Under the pieces are notes generated by a model, which was not told the DNA's origin, made no database searches, and worked only from the letters and a program-made list of their open reading frames with translations. A stretch of DNA of 61,895 nucleotides, the filler included. It is 6 parts of 6 records of this genome, joined end to end, with 100 filler letters (N's around TTAATTAATTAA, not from the genome) between each part and the next. Parts side by side here need not be neighbours in the genome. Positions count along the whole stretch, not along the records: positions 8,291 to 22,203 come from SRR31156797_11984; positions 22,304 to 36,113 come from SRR31156797_12000; 4 more parts are not named here. One strand, given 5' to 3'. Numbering within the stretch: the first letter of the stretch is position 1; each line of letters starts with the position of its first letter. The position numbers were made by a program, and so were the translations under genes. Of this stretch, positions 20,335-31,897 are shown one piece after another.

Positions 20335-22125
20335 ATGACGTTTAAAGATGTTCTCTCTCCTTTCCTGGCCTGGAAGAACCTGGTCAAAGAACCCGTGACT
20401 ATTAAAAAACCATTAGAGCGTAGAGGTGCACCCCGTTATCGCGGATTCCATATGAACGATATGGAAAAATGCATCGGCTGCGGGTCTTGTGAAGTAATTT
20501 GTCAGAATGCTACTATCGACATGGTGCCGGTTGAAGGTATCGAGACCAAAGACGGCGATAGCGGACTACGCCCTCTTTTTGATTACGGCCGTTGCTGTTG
20601 GTGTGCGCTGTGTGTGGATATTTGCACCACTGGTTCTCTGACCATGTCCAATGAATTTACGTGGGTCGACACGGATCCCGACGTATTCCGGTTTGTGGCC
20701 GGAGCGGACGATATGCCATGGAACAATGATGAGCTGGGATACAAAAAACCTGATAATTATGAATTAAATCCCCTGAAACATGTTAAGATGGATGAATTGA
20801 CAGCCGAAGAACGCGAAATGTCTTTTCTTGAAGTCGTCAAAGGTTATTCCAAAGAACAAGCCATGGCAGAAGCTGACCGTTGTGTTGCTTGCGGTATTTG
20901 TATTTCAACTTGTCCTGCTCACATGGGCATTCCCCAATACATCAAAGCCATTCGTGATGACGATATGGAAGAAGGCTTACGTTTGCTTTATGAAACCAAC
21001 CCCATGTCTGCAGTTTGCGGTCGTGCCTGCACTCACCGCTGCGAAGATGTATGTGCCACGGGCTATAAAGGCGACCCTATTTCCATTCGCTGGCTGAAAC
21101 GTTATATCATTGATCAGGTGTCACCCGAAAAGATCCCGGAGATCTTAAAGCCCATAGCAGAATCCAATGGTAAAAAAATATCGATCATCGGAGCCGGGCC
21201 GGGTGGTTTGACCGCAGCATATTATTTGGCATTGATGGGTTACGATATCAGCATATTTGAAGCAAAAGATAAAGCCGGAGGCATGTTACGCTACGGTATT
21301 CCCGAGTATCGTCTGCCCTACGATCAATTGGATAAAGATATTGATTATATCCTATCGCTGGGTGTTAAGATCCATTACAATACTCCCATCGGAAAAGATG
21401 TCAAATTCAACAAACTGATGGAAGATTCGGAAGCAGTTTTCTGTTCCACCGGTATGGATGTTCCCTATACAATGGGACTTGACGGTGAAGAAGGTAATGA
21501 GCATATCATGTCCGGACTCGACGTGCTTGATGATGCTACGCGAGGAAATGAACCTCGATTTGGTAAGTCAGTTGTTGTGATCGGTGGCGGATCTACCGCG
21601 ATGGATGCGGCAAGTACGGCTCGTCGTTACGGTGCTGAAGCAACGATACTATATCGCCGGCGCGAAGAAGATATGCCCGCAGAATTGGATGAAATAGACG
21701 ATGCTAAAGTAGAGGGTGTAAATATTATTACTCAGGCAATCCCGGTAAAGATCGAAAATGCCGAAAACGGGCAAGTCAAGATGATCTGGAATAAAGCGGA
21801 AATGGTAAGCGAAGGTCCGGGCAAACGACCCAAACCGGTTCCCATTGAAGGTGATATCCACGTAACTCAAGTTGATACCATTGTACCGGCTATTGGACAA
21901 TCGGCGGATTTTTCATACATGCCGAAAGATGTTGTTGATAAACTTGAATTCAAATGGGGCAAGCTCAAGACTGACCTGTTCGGGCAAACAGCCATCCCCA
22001 AACTATTTGCCGGCGGCGATATTGTTAATCCTACTGCTGACGCCATCACTGCAATCGCTGATGGACATCGGGCAGCGAAAGGAATTGATAGATATCTTCA
22101 AGGCAAAAGATGCGCTGAGCTCTGA
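20335..22125 (+). CDS. NuoI(MbxN)-GltD/NfnB-type FAD/Fe-S oxidoreductase fusion, copy 2
   Basis: Same architecture as 17984..19771; GGGSTAMD and YRR. Confidence 0.9.
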   Translation: MTFKDVLSPFLAWKNLVKEPVTIKKPLERRGAPRYRGFHMNDMEKCIGCGSCEVICQNATIDMVPVEGIETKDGDSGLRPLFDYGRCCWCALCVDICTTGSLTMSNEFTWVDTDPDVFRFVAGADDMPWNNDELGYKKPDNYELNPLKHVKMDELTAEEREMSFLEVVKGYSKEQAMAEADRCVACGICISTCPAHMGIPQYIKAIRDDDMEEGLRLLYETNPMSAVCGRACTHRCEDVCATGYKGDPISIRWLKRYIIDQVSPEKIPEILKPIAESNGKKISIIGAGPGGLTAAYYLALMGYDISIFEAKDKAGGMLRYGIPEYRLPYDQLDKDIDYILSLGVKIHYNTPIGKDVKFNKLMEDSEAVFCSTGMDVPYTMGLDGEEGNEHIMSGLDVLDDATRGNEPRFGKSVVVIGGGSTAMDAASTARRYGAEATILYRRREEDMPAELDEIDDAKVEGVNIITQAIPVKIENAENGQVKMIWNKAEMVSEGPGKRPKPVPIEGDIHVTQVDTIVPAIGQSADFSYMPKDVVDKLEFKWGKLKTDLFGQTAIPKLFAGGDIVNPTADAITAIADGHRAAKGIDRYLQGKRCAEL

Positions 22126-22203
22126 GATTGGGGCTCTGAGACAAAAAATTAAAAATTTTGGGAAAGCAAATACATATTCTCACATTCCCAGTGCCCAGTG
22201 CCC
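22119..22203. repeat. short direct/heptamer repeats at contig end
   Basis: GCTCTGAGA at 22119 and 22133; CCCAGTG tandem at 22187-22203. Confidence 0.4.
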
Positions 22204-22303
22204 NNNNNNNNNNNNNNNNNNNNNNNNNNNNNNNNNNNNNNNNNNNNTTAATTAATTAANNNNNNNNNNNNNNNNNNNNNNNNNNNNNNNNNNNNNNNNN
22301 NNN
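22204..22303. other. artificial contig linker
   Basis: N run with TTAATTAATTAA. Confidence 0.98.
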
Positions 22304-22469
22304 GCGAGCCAAAGCACGCAAAGCTCAGCAGCAAGAAACTCCGGCTAAGCAAGAGCAAGTTTCCGAATCAAATGAAGACCCGAAAAAAGCAGCCGTAGCG
22401 GCAGCCATCGCTCGAGCTAAAGCGCGTAAAGCACAACAACAAAATAAAAATATCGAGGAGAATGACTAG
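22304..22469 (+). CDS. rnfC: RnfC/RsxC C-terminus, partial
   Basis: Manual translation ...[30 protein letters not shown], the Ala/Lys repeat tail of RsxC; stop overlaps the rnfD start. Confidence 0.9.
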
Positions 22470-23515
22470 TGGCTTTCTTTATTGCTAGTTCCCCGCATAC
22501 TCACATCAAACGCAACACTTCTGACTTAATGAAGTGGGTTGCACTGTGTGCTATACCTGGTCTGCTGGTGCAAACCTATTTCTTCGGTTTTGGAACACTC
22601 ATTCAGTTAGTGTTTGCGATTGTTGTGGCTCTCGGTTTTGAAGCTGGTGTGATGAAGCTACGTGGCCGCCCGGCTAAAATGGCGCTGCGTGATCACAGTG
22701 CCATAGTCACAGCTTGGTTGTTAGCGGTTGCCATCCCACCATTATCCCCTTGGTGGATAGTAGTGATTGGTCTTATCTTTGCCATTCTCATTGCCAAACA
22801 TTTGTATGGTGGTTTAGGTCAAAATCCTTTCAACCCAGCAATGACCGCTTATGTGGTATTACTGATCTCTTTCCCCGTTCAGATGACCAGTTGGATTGCA
22901 CCGGCAGCGTTAGCACATGAAAGTATCTCTTTCGTTGATTCTTTCTCATTGATTTTCTCAGGCTTTAATAGCGACGGACTTTCACTGCAACAAGTTCGAA
23001 CGGGTATTGATGGGATAACAATGGCGACACCGTTAGACTCATTGAAGACATCATTGAAAGCTGGAAACACCTTATCTGAAGCTCTCTCTCAACCTCAATT
23101 TGGCAGCTTAGCTGGCGTCGGTTGGGAATGGGTCAACATCGCTTATTTAGCGGGCGGGCTTGTACTGCTCAAACTGCGTATCATCAACTGGCATATTCCT
23201 GTCGCGTTCTTGGCTGGTCTGGTCATTTCGGCCACTTTGATGACCTTATTCGCTCCGGGAACAACCGCTTCGCCGTTAATTCACCTGCTGTCTGGTGCAA
23301 CCATGTTGGGTGCATTTTTCATCGCAACTGATCCTGTCACAGCCTCAACAACAGTGAAAGGCCGACTGATTTTCGGTGCGTTTATTGGCGCTATGGTATT
23401 CATAATTCGTAGCTGGGGTGGTTTCCCTGACGGAGTTGCATTCGCCGTTCTGCTGGCAAACATGTGTGTACCACTGATTGACTACTACACTAAACCACGT
23501 ACGTATGGGCATTAA
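22469..23515 (+). CDS. rnfD: Rnf electron transport complex subunit D
   Basis: [25 protein letters not shown] (FMN site), FFIATDPVT. Confidence 0.96.
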   Translation: MAFFIASSPHTHIKRNTSDLMKWVALCAIPGLLVQTYFFGFGTLIQLVFAIVVALGFEAGVMKLRGRPAKMALRDHSAIVTAWLLAVAIPPLSPWWIVVIGLIFAILIAKHLYGGLGQNPFNPAMTAYVVLLISFPVQMTSWIAPAALAHESISFVDSFSLIFSGFNSDGLSLQQVRTGIDGITMATPLDSLKTSLKAGNTLSEALSQPQFGSLAGVGWEWVNIAYLAGGLVLLKLRIINWHIPVAFLAGLVISATLMTLFAPGTTASPLIHLLSGATMLGAFFIATDPVTASTTVKGRLIFGAFIGAMVFIIRSWGGFPDGVAFAVLLANMCVPLIDYYTKPRTYGH

Positions 23516-23523
23516 GGATTATT

Positions 23524-24162
23524 ATGTTAACAGCTATTAGAAAAAACGGCGCTATCCTTGCCATCTTTGCCTGTGTTTCTACTGGAGTTGTAGCGATTAC
23601 CCATCAGCTCACAGCGAGTCAGATTCAAAAGCAAGAGAGAAAACAGTTATTGTCGGTATTAAACCAAGTAATACCTCATGATCTGCATGACAATCAACTC
23701 GCTCAATCCTGTATTTTGGTTAACGACCCAGCGCTCGGAACCGAATCATCAATGCCTGCTTATGTTGCAACACTCAATGGCAACCCAAGCGCCATTGCCA
23801 TAGAAGCGATTGCTCCTGATGGATACAATGGTGCGATAAAAATTATTATTGGCATCAAGCAAGATGGAACAATCACGGGTACCAGGGTGTTAGCACATAA
23901 TGAAACCCCGGGCTTAGGTGATAAAATCGATCTGCGTATTACTGATTGGATACTTAACTTCGCTGGCAAAACCGTGAGCAGTGACAACGAAGCGCAATGG
24001 AAAGTACGTAAAGACGGCGGCCAGTTTGACCAATTTACCGGAGCCACCATCACGCCAAGAGCCGTGGTTAAGGCTGTAAAACAGACGGTTATGTATGTCA
24101 ATACCAACCGAGCACAGCTGCTCTCGCAACCTTATAACTGCGGAGGTCAAGACGATGAATAG
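23524..24162 (+). CDS. rnfG: Rnf electron transport complex subunit G
   Basis: [21 protein letters not shown]-attachment motif. Confidence 0.96.
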   Translation: MLTAIRKNGAILAIFACVSTGVVAITHQLTASQIQKQERKQLLSVLNQVIPHDLHDNQLAQSCILVNDPALGTESSMPAYVATLNGNPSAIAIEAIAPDGYNGAIKIIIGIKQDGTITGTRVLAHNETPGLGDKIDLRITDWILNFAGKTVSSDNEAQWKVRKDGGQFDQFTGATITPRAVVKAVKQTVMYVNTNRAQLLSQPYNCGGQDDE

Positions 24163-24850
24163 TGAACATAAAGCCCTACTCAAAAATGGTATGTGGGAAA
24201 ATAACCCTGCTTTAGTTCAGTTACTTGGCTTATGCCCGCTGCTGGCCGTATCTTCAACGGTCACCAACGCTTTAGGCCTTGGAATTGCGACCCTACTCGT
24301 TTTAGTCGGCTCTAACGTGACTGTCTCTTTAGTTCGAGATTATGTACCGAAAGAAGTCCGCATTCCTGTTTTCGTGATGATCATTGCATCCTTAGTGACT
24401 TGTGTTCAGTTACTGATGAACGCCTATGCTTACGGGCTATACCTGTCACTCGGTATATTTATCCCATTGATCGTTACCAACTGTATCATCATAGGACGTG
24501 CTGAAGCGTTCGCTTCCAAAAACGATGTCTTACCATCTGCACTAGACGGGTTTTGGATGGGTATGGGCATGACATCTGTATTAGTGGTACTGGGTGCGAT
24601 GCGCGAGGTTATCGGTAATGGCACCCTGTTCGACGGCGCAGACCTGTTACTTGGAGACTGGGCAAAAGTATTGAGAATTGAGATCTTCCATTTCGACAGT
24701 AGCTTCTTGCTGGCATTACTTCCACCGGGAGCCTTTATTGGCGTCGGTTTCCTGATTGCACTGAAAAACGTGGTTGATAAACAACTAGCGCAACGACAAC
24801 CAAAACAAGAAAAACCAACGATTGAACGCGCACGCGTGACAAACGTATAA
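24155..24850 (+). CDS. rnfE: Rnf electron transport complex subunit E
   Basis: [23 protein letters not shown]; start moved to ATG 24155 after GGAGG. Confidence 0.96.
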   Translation: MNSEHKALLKNGMWENNPALVQLLGLCPLLAVSSTVTNALGLGIATLLVLVGSNVTVSLVRDYVPKEVRIPVFVMIIASLVTCVQLLMNAYAYGLYLSLGIFIPLIVTNCIIIGRAEAFASKNDVLPSALDGFWMGMGMTSVLVVLGAMREVIGNGTLFDGADLLLGDWAKVLRIEIFHFDSSFLLALLPPGAFIGVGFLIALKNVVDKQLAQRQPKQEKPTIERARVTNV

Positions 24851-24888
24851 ATACAAACTGAAAAGTAAATAAAAAGCAGCCGAGAGCA

Positions 24889-25530
24889 ATGAATAAAGAT
24901 AAACGATTACAAATTCTCGAGCGCCTAAGAGAGAACAACCCCAAGCCAGAAACTGAGCTTAATTGGAGTTCGCCGTTTGAGCTGTTAATCGCAGTTCTTC
25001 TCTCAGCTCAAGCAACAGATGTGAGTGTTAACAAAGCGACAGATAAACTTTACGCTGTTGCCAACACCCCACAAGCCATTTTTGATCTGGGTGTGGATGG
25101 TGTTAAGGAATACATTAAGACTATCGGTCTTTTTAATTCTAAAGCTGAAAACGTAATAAAAACTTGTCGAATTTTGCTCGACAAGCATAACGGCGAAGTA
25201 CCAGAAAACCGCGAAGCACTTGAAGCTTTGCCTGGCGTTGGAAGAAAAACCGCAAACGTCGTGTTAAACACGGCTTTTGGCTGGCCAACCATTGCCGTTG
25301 ATACGCATATCTACCGTGTATCCAATCGAACCAAATTTGCTATGGGTAAAACCGTAGACGATGTTGAGCACAAACTACTTAAAGTTGTGCCGAAAGAGTT
25401 TAAATTAGACGTTCACCACTGGCTTATCTTACATGGCAGATACACTTGTATAGCCCGTAAGCCCCGCTGTGGTAGCTGTATAATTGAAGACTTATGTGAG
25501 TATAAAGATAAAATTTACCCTGAAAGCTAG
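24889..25530 (+). CDS. nth: endonuclease III
   Basis: LLSAQATD, HhH LPGVGRKTA, C-terminal Cys4 Fe-S motif; canonical position after rnfE. Confidence 0.97.
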   Translation: MNKDKRLQILERLRENNPKPETELNWSSPFELLIAVLLSAQATDVSVNKATDKLYAVANTPQAIFDLGVDGVKEYIKTIGLFNSKAENVIKTCRILLDKHNGEVPENREALEALPGVGRKTANVVLNTAFGWPTIAVDTHIYRVSNRTKFAMGKTVDDVEHKLLKVVPKEFKLDVHHWLILHGRYTCIARKPRCGSCIIEDLCEYKDKIYPES

Positions 25531-25539
25531 GAGTCCCAA

Positions 25540-25956
25540 ATGTCGAATAACCGTGTCCTACATACCATGCTACGTGTTGGTGATTTAGATAAATCTATCG
25601 AGTTCTACACCAAAGTGATGGGTATGGAGTTACTACGCAAAAGCGAAAACACTGAGTACAAATACACACTGGCTTTCGTTGGTTACGGTGACGAATCTCA
25701 AGGTGCCGTAATTGAACTAACTTACAACTGGGGTGTGGAAGAGTACGACCTAGGTAAAGGCTTTGGCCACATTGCTATCGGTGCTGACGACATCTACGCA
25801 ACCTGTGAAGCAATTAAAGCTGCAGGCGGTAACGTAACTCGTGAACCAGGCCCAGTGAAAGGCGGTACAACGCATATTGCATTCGTGAAAGATCCAGATG
25901 GCTATATGATCGAACTTATCCAAAACCGTCAGGCGAGCCAAGCTCTGGAAGGTTAA
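25540..25956 (+). CDS. gloA: lactoylglutathione lyase (glyoxalase I)
   Basis: [30 protein letters not shown]. Confidence 0.97.
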   Translation: MSNNRVLHTMLRVGDLDKSIEFYTKVMGMELLRKSENTEYKYTLAFVGYGDESQGAVIELTYNWGVEEYDLGKGFGHIAIGADDIYATCEAIKAAGGNVTREPGPVKGGTTHIAFVKDPDGYMIELIQNRQASQALEG

Positions 25957-25979
25957 TTTTCTTCCGCGTTATAAAGATA

Positions 25980-26005
25980 AAAACACCGCCTTTGGGCGGT
26001 GTTTT
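25980..26005. terminator. bidirectional intrinsic terminator
   Basis: AAAACACCGCC-TTTG-GGCGGTGTTTT between convergent gloA and motY. Confidence 0.85.
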
Positions 26006-26030
26006 CGTTTGTTGACTTAGCGATTTAGGC

Positions 26031-26915
26031 TTAAATTTGAGTACGCCCCAAAGAGATCACTACACGACGGTTTTTATCTTTGCCGATGGGTGATTCGTTG
26101 TCCGCGATTGGGCGACGTTTACCAAAACCTTTAGCCTGAATACGGTCTTCTGGTAAACCTAACGACTTAAAGTACTTGCGTAGCATTTCAGAACGTTTCT
26201 CCGACAAGCTTTGGCTTTCATTCTTGCTGTCCGTTGAGTCGGTATAAGCCGAAACCAAGACTAAATCGATATCATCGTTATAACGGATATATTCAGCAAT
26301 CTGAGCCAGACGTTTTTGAGATGCTTTGTTCAGCTCAATATTGTTGCCACGATCGTAATGTAAAATGGTAAATGAAATGTCTTCAAAACTATAAGGGAGT
26401 AAGTTCGCGATACAGTCGCTAAACACATTATATTGAGATTGGAAAGTAACTGAAGATAACGCGACTTCCACTCGCTGATCACGGCTTTGCCATTCCTGAT
26501 AACTGAAAGTAGGATAACGACCTTTTTCTAGCTCGCTGAGTAGTGTCCAAGCAGACTGTCCACCAATGTATCCGTCAAACTGTTGGTAGAATTGGATGTT
26601 AGTAATACGATCGGCACTATCACCTGGTCGCCATACCGGTGGCATAGAAACAAGGCTCACATTACGAGTTTCGCCCATAGGTCGACGCATTTTTAATTCG
26701 AAATCTAAGTTAATCTTCTTACTTGCTCGCGCAGAAAATTCAGCATCACCATAGTTCGGAATTGGATGCACAAGTCGACACTCTAACGGAGTGTTAGTGA
26801 TCATTTGCCAAGTAGATTGCTGCGGCGAAGCGACATAACGCTTTTCTAATGCCGATGCGGCAATCGGCGTCAAGAGTGTGGCAGCGACGAAACTTGTGAC
26901 AACCCATTTATTCAT
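26031..26915 (-). CDS. motY: sodium-type polar flagellar protein MotY
   Basis: Signal peptide, [13 protein letters not shown]-domain, OmpA-like C-domain ending KNRRVVISL; gloA-motY-rnt order of Vibrio. Confidence 0.93.
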   Translation of the reverse strand: MNKWVVTSFVAATLLTPIAASALEKRYVASPQQSTWQMITNTPLECRLVHPIPNYGDAEFSARASKKINLDFELKMRRPMGETRNVSLVSMPPVWRPGDSADRITNIQFYQQFDGYIGGQSAWTLLSELEKGRYPTFSYQEWQSRDQRVEVALSSVTFQSQYNVFSDCIANLLPYSFEDISFTILHYDRGNNIELNKASQKRLAQIAEYIRYNDDIDLVLVSAYTDSTDSKNESQSLSEKRSEMLRKYFKSLGLPEDRIQAKGFGKRRPIADNESPIGKDKNRRVVISLGRTQI

Positions 26916-26988
26916 AAGGACTTTTATCTCTCAATACTACTACTAGTTGTGGCGAATCATTGCCACTGTATTTATCTAAACAGGTTAA

Positions 26989-27004
26989 TGCAAAAAGCTC
27001 GCCA
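26989..27004 (-). promoter_or_regulatory. sigma54 promoter of motY
   Basis: TGGCGAGCTTTTTGCA on minus strand: GG-N10-GC -24/-12 geometry. Confidence 0.75.
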
Positions 27005-27128
27005 AACTTTACTTCTGTTCAAAGCCTCTCTTGGCTCAACAAAATGTTGGTCTATTTAAGGTGCTCAGGTTTTTCTTACGCTTATATCATGCAATAATGC
27101 CGCCCATATCACACTAATTAGAACGAGC

Positions 27129-27800
27129 ATGACCGATACAACAGCAGTACCAACCTTAAAAGAGCGTTTTCGTGGTTATTTCCCCGTTGTTATAGATGTT
27201 GAAACCGCTGGATTCAATTCTCAAACAGATGCCCTACTCGAAATATGTGCAGTCACCCTAAAGATGGACGAACAAGGCGACTTACAACCCTCTTCCACCA
27301 TCCATTTTCATGTTGAGCCATTCGAAGGCGCGAACCTCGAAAAAGCGGCGTTAGAGTTCACGGGCATCTATGACCCATTTAGTCCGCTTCGTGGTGCTGT
27401 CACTGAAAGTCATGCTTTAAAAGAAATCTACAAGTTAGTGCGCAAAGAGCAGAAAAATGCGGATTGCAGTCGCGCGATAATCGTCGCTCACAATGCGACC
27501 TTTGATCATAACTTTGTTATGGCAGCGAGTGAACGCAGTAAGTTAAAGCGCGTGCCATTTCATCCTTTTGCCACCTTTGATACTGCTACACTCAGTGGTC
27601 TTGCTTATGGTCAAACCGTACTAGCTAAAGCATGTAAAGCAGCAGGGATGGAGTTTGATAATCGTGAAGCACACTCAGCGCTTTACGATACACAGAAAAC
27701 CGCAGAACTGTTCTGTGGCATTGTTAACAAATGGAAAGCTCTGGGAGGCTGGCCATTGGTTAATGACAATGAAGACAACAATACGGATATAGAAGAGTAA
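27129..27800 (+). CDS. rnt: ribonuclease T
   Basis: [30 protein letters not shown] (DEDDh). Confidence 0.97.
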   Translation: MTDTTAVPTLKERFRGYFPVVIDVETAGFNSQTDALLEICAVTLKMDEQGDLQPSSTIHFHVEPFEGANLEKAALEFTGIYDPFSPLRGAVTESHALKEIYKLVRKEQKNADCSRAIIVAHNATFDHNFVMAASERSKLKRVPFHPFATFDTATLSGLAYGQTVLAKACKAAGMEFDNREAHSALYDTQKTAELFCGIVNKWKALGGWPLVNDNEDNNTDIEE

Positions 27801-27849
27801 AACTCTCATTCCGAGCTAAAAACAAAACACAACTTTTATCGAGAATAAT

Positions 27850-29175
27850 ATGAATCCTGTAGTCATTTCCGTTTGCGTCATGCTGTTACTGGCCTTGATG
27901 CGCGTAAACGTCGTCGTTGCCCTCACCTTTAGCGCCATTGTTGGCGGCTTAGTGGCAGGTATGAGCTTAAATGAAACTGTCGCCGCCTTTGAAAGTGGTT
28001 TAGGTGGCGGTGCGACCATCGCTCTTAGCTACGCGATGTTAGGTACGTTTGCTGTTGCTATTTCTAAATCAGGGGTTACTGATCTACTAGCCCAAAGTGT
28101 CATTAAAAAAATTCATGGTAAAGAGCATGGCGCGGCAACAACAGGCTTAAAATATGCTGTTCTTGTCGCCCTAGTATTAATGGCGGTTTCGTCTCAGAAC
28201 ATTATCCCTGTTCATATCGCTTTTATTCCTATTTTAATTCCGCCTCTACTTGGTGTCTTTGCCAAGCTTAAGTTAGACCGCCGTTTAGTTGCTTGTGTGC
28301 TGACGTTTGGTTTAATCACTCCGTACATGGTTTTGCCTGTCGGCTTTGGTGGTATTTTCCTTAACAACATTTTGTTAAAGAACCTGCATGACAATGGCTT
28401 GGATGGCGTAACGGCAAGTCAAGTACCGATGGCAATGCTACTGCCGGCAATCGGTATGATTTTTGGTTTGCTGACTGCGGTATTCTTTAGCTACCGTAAA
28501 CCACGCGAATACAAAGAAACAGAATTAACTGTGGTTCACCACACGATGAATGAAATCAACAAGAAGCACATCCTTATCGCAGCCTTGGGTATTATTGCCG
28601 CATTAGCGGTACAGCTAACCACAGGCTCGATGATCATTGGTGCACTAGCTGGCTTTATGGTGTTTACTTTCGGTGGCGTTATCGCGTGGAAAGAAACCCA
28701 CGATGTGTTCACTAAAGGCGTTCATATGATGGCAATGATTGGGTTCATCATGATCTCTGCGGCTGGTTTTGCTGCGGTAATGAAAGGCACTGGTGGTGTT
28801 GAATCACTCGTTAACGCATTGTCGACCAGCATTGGCGACAACAAACCACTCGCCGCCCTGTTAATGCTGGTTGTGGGTCTATTAGTCACTATGGGCATTG
28901 GTTCTTCATTCTCGACCATTCCAATTATCGCAACTATCTATGTTCCACTGTGTTTAGCATTTGGTTTCTCACCAATGGCTACCGTTGCTTTGGTAGGTAC
29001 AGCGGCAGCACTGGGTGATGCAGGCTCACCGGCTTCTGACTCAACCTTAGGCCCAACTTCTGGCTTAAACGCCGATGGTCAACACGAACACATTTGGGAA
29101 ACCGTAGTACCAACCTTCCTACACTACAACTTACCGCTCGTCGCGTTTGGTTGGGTTGCAGCTATGGTGTTGTAA
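27850..29175 (+). CDS. Na+/H+ antiporter (NhaC/YuiF-like) family transporter
   Basis: Hydrophobic 441 aa; [28 protein letters not shown]. Confidence 0.85.
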   Translation: MNPVVISVCVMLLLALMRVNVVVALTFSAIVGGLVAGMSLNETVAAFESGLGGGATIALSYAMLGTFAVAISKSGVTDLLAQSVIKKIHGKEHGAATTGLKYAVLVALVLMAVSSQNIIPVHIAFIPILIPPLLGVFAKLKLDRRLVACVLTFGLITPYMVLPVGFGGIFLNNILLKNLHDNGLDGVTASQVPMAMLLPAIGMIFGLLTAVFFSYRKPREYKETELTVVHHTMNEINKKHILIAALGIIAALAVQLTTGSMIIGALAGFMVFTFGGVIAWKETHDVFTKGVHMMAMIGFIMISAAGFAAVMKGTGGVESLVNALSTSIGDNKPLAALLMLVVGLLVTMGIGSSFSTIPIIATIYVPLCLAFGFSPMATVALVGTAAALGDAGSPASDSTLGPTSGLNADGQHEHIWETVVPTFLHYNLPLVAFGWVAAMVL

Positions 29176-29191
29176 TCGAGTTCCAGACATT

Positions 29192-29219
29192 AAAAAGGCT
29201 TCCCTCGGGAAGCCTTTTT
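29192..29219. terminator. bidirectional intrinsic terminator
   Basis: AAAAAGGCTTCCC-TC-GGGAAGCCTTTTT between convergent genes. Confidence 0.85.
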
Positions 29220-29250
29220 CGTTTCGATCTTTTCGTTCTATAACAAGATA

Positions 29251-30765
29251 TTATGCGCCTTCGTTATACATCTCTAAGTTAGCGAGATCTTGCTGAATTT
29301 CACGTTGAGTTTTCGCATCATCACCGCGCATCGACTCAAGATAATCCAAGTACTGCTGATCGATATCACCCGTTACGTATTCACCGTTAAACACTGACGA
29401 TTCAAACTTAGCAATGTCTTGGTTACCTACACGTACTGCATCTTCAAGATCTTCGATGGTTTGGAAAATCAGTGCATCCGCGCCAATTTGCTTACAGATA
29501 TCTGCATTATCACGGCCATGAGCAATCAGTTCGTTTGCCGTTGGCATATCAATACCATACACGTTCGGGAAACGAATCTCAGGCGCTGCTGAAACCATAA
29601 ATACTTTTGCCGCGCCAGAATCACGAGCCATCTCAATGATCTGCTCAGACGTTGTACCGCGAACGATGGAATCATCAACAAGCAGTACATTCTTGTCTTT
29701 GAATTCTGAACGAATCGCGTTTAGCTTGCGACGGACAGACTTCTTACGCTGTTGCTGACCAGGCATGATAAACGTACGACCCACATAGCGATTCTTTACA
29801 AAACCTTGGCGGTATGGCTTGTCGATAGCTTGAGCAATTTGCAACGCAATATCACATGATGTTTCAGGGATAGGAATAACCACGTCGATATCCAGATCAG
29901 CAAACTCACTCTTAATGCGGTCACCAAGACGTTTACCCATTTCAACACGAGCACTGTATACAGAGATTTTGTCGATGAAAGAATCAGGACGAGCAAAGTA
30001 AACAAACTCGAAAATACACGGCGTTAATGTTGGATTGTCAGCACATTGCTTGGTAAATAACTCCCCTTCAAATGTCGCATAAATTGCTTCACCAGGAGCT
30101 ACGTCACGGACGAAATCAAAACCAACAGCATCAAGTGCTACTGATTCAGAGGCAACCATATATTCTGTGCGACCATTCACTTCACGCTTACCAAGGCAAA
30201 GTGGACGAATACCATTTGGATCGCGGAAAGCAATCATGCCATGACCGATGATCATCGCGGTTACCGCATACGCGCCACGAATAGTACGATGAACATTGGC
30301 AACAGCTCGGAATACGTCTTCAGAAGTAACATTACCTCTTACAGTATCAATCTCATGGGCCAATACATTCAACAACACTTCAGAATCTGAAGTTGTGTTG
30401 ATGTGACGGCGATCTTTTTCAAACAACTTTTCACGCACAACATTTGCGTTAGTTAAGTTGCCGTTGTGAGCCAGAGTAATACCGAACGGTGAGTTTACGT
30501 AAAATGGCTGAGCTTCCGATGCACTAGAGCTGCCTGCCGTTGGGTAACGAACGTGCCCAATGCCGACAGTACCTTGAAGGCGCTGCATGTGTTTGGCTTC
30601 AAATACATCTTTGACTAAACCGTTAGCCTTACGCAGACGAAAACGATTGCTTTCGATGGTACAAATACCAGCGGCATCTTGGCCACGATGCTGCAATACC
30701 GTTAAAGCGTCATAGATAGACTGGTTTACAGGGGTTGTGCCCACGATTCCAACAATACCACACAT
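29251..30765 (-). CDS. purF: amidophosphoribosyltransferase
   Basis: MCGIVG Ntn start, [16 protein letters not shown]. Confidence 0.98.
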   Translation of the reverse strand: MCGIVGIVGTTPVNQSIYDALTVLQHRGQDAAGICTIESNRFRLRKANGLVKDVFEAKHMQRLQGTVGIGHVRYPTAGSSSASEAQPFYVNSPFGITLAHNGNLTNANVVREKLFEKDRRHINTTSDSEVLLNVLAHEIDTVRGNVTSEDVFRAVANVHRTIRGAYAVTAMIIGHGMIAFRDPNGIRPLCLGKREVNGRTEYMVASESVALDAVGFDFVRDVAPGEAIYATFEGELFTKQCADNPTLTPCIFEFVYFARPDSFIDKISVYSARVEMGKRLGDRIKSEFADLDIDVVIPIPETSCDIALQIAQAIDKPYRQGFVKNRYVGRTFIMPGQQQRKKSVRRKLNAIRSEFKDKNVLLVDDSIVRGTTSEQIIEMARDSGAAKVFMVSAAPEIRFPNVYGIDMPTANELIAHGRDNADICKQIGADALIFQTIEDLEDAVRVGNQDIAKFESSVFNGEYVTGDIDQQYLDYLESMRGDDAKTQREIQQDLANLEMYNEGA

Positions 30766-30800
30766 GTCCTAATCCTCGATTTGCGACAGTAGCTGACGCG

Positions 30801-31292
30801 TTAAATCGCGTCAGAGAGAAAACTGGATGTAGCTTGTAAATGTTCAAAGAGCGGCGCAATCACACGGCTAAATTCCGGGACCAACTGCGAGCTCTTCCAC
30901 CACTCTGAGTTTGGTAATGCGGTAAACGCATCCATAAAAAACAAAGCTGCGGCAACAATGAGAACTCCACGTAGCGCGCCAAATACAACGCCGAGAATTC
31001 TGTCTGTTCCTGACAAACCTGTTTTTTGGACCAACTGCGAAATCACATAGTTCACAATAGCGCCAACGACCAGTGTGGCGATAAACAACGCAGCAATAGC
31101 AGCGCCATTACGGAACATGTCATCTTTAATATTAGTAAAGTACACCGCAAGTTTTGCGTAATACTGAGAAGCGATAAAAAACGCCCCGCACCAAATAACT
31201 AAAGATAAGGCTTCTTTCGCAAAGCCACGGACCAAACTGATCAAAGCAGACAAGCCGATCACACTTAAAATGACAATATCTAACCAATTCAT
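30801..31292 (-). CDS. cvpA: colicin V production protein CvpA
   Basis: RGFAKEALSL, TGLSGTDRILG; directly upstream of purF. Confidence 0.96.
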   Translation of the reverse strand: MNWLDIVILSVIGLSALISLVRGFAKEALSLVIWCGAFFIASQYYAKLAVYFTNIKDDMFRNGAAIAALFIATLVVGAIVNYVISQLVQKTGLSGTDRILGVVFGALRGVLIVAAALFFMDAFTALPNSEWWKSSQLVPEFSRVIAPLFEHLQATSSFLSDAI

Positions 31293-31340
31293 GAGTTCTT
31301 ACATCTTAAGTTGGCGCGCATTTTAACAGAAAAAAGCGCG

Positions 31341-31356
31341 ACGCAAACGTTTTCTT
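31341..31356. promoter_or_regulatory. PurR operator of cvpA-purF
   Basis: ACGCAAACGTTTTCTT matches the PUR-box consensus, upstream of cvpA. Confidence 0.88.
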
Positions 31357-31897
31357 ATGGGTTTAGTGGTTTAAATTTGAGCAATTGACCTTTTGAACCG
31401 GTAACTTTTTCTAATTCCAGTAATTGTCGCTCAAGCTTCGTTTTAGAAACATCTGGTCCGATGATTACACGGGTAAAGCCATTTTCTTGCTTAGTATGTG
31501 CTTGGTAACCACGCTTTTTTAGATCATTGACCACAGTTACCGCATTTTCAGCATTCTTCAAAGCCATCAACTGAATAATCCAGGCACTGTCTTGATATTC
31601 ATTCTTCTCAGCTACGTCTTTAACCACGGTTTTAACAGGCTCGGCAGTAACGTCTGACGCTTGAGAGGACTCTTGTGTCACTGCTACTGGCGATTCCGGT
31701 AGGGCAACCTGATCTTCTACTGGATCGAGAATTTCAAACTTTTCCACATCGCTGTTTAACTCAGGCTTAATGGGAATACTGGTCATGTCTTCCTGATAAT
31801 GCATTTTTTTACCATCAAGAACATCTGGTAAAACAATCACGCCAATTGCGACCAAGATAACAGTACCTACTAAACGGCTCTGAAATTTACTTGCCAT
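31355..31897 (-). CDS. dedD: cell division protein DedD (SPOR domain)
   Basis: MASKFQSRLVGT..LPDVLDG N-terminus, C-terminal SPOR domain; folC-dedD-cvpA synteny. Confidence 0.93.
   Translation of the reverse strand: MASKFQSRLVGTVILVAIGVIVLPDVLDGKKMHYQEDMTSIPIKPELNSDVEKFEILDPVEDQVALPESPVAVTQESSQASDVTAEPVKTVVKDVAEKNEYQDSAWIIQLMALKNAENAVTVVNDLKKRGYQAHTKQENGFTRVIIGPDVSKTKLERQLLELEKVTGSKGQLLKFKPLNP

Noticed and set aside
1-22125. Apparent inverted duplication of the Mrp/Mbx operon in one genome
   Set aside because: The copies are on different contigs separated by an artificial linker and differ in base composition and codon usage
20335-24850. Mbx-like operon followed by rnf genes as one energy-conservation supercluster
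   Set aside because: The 22204-22303 linker separates unrelated organisms
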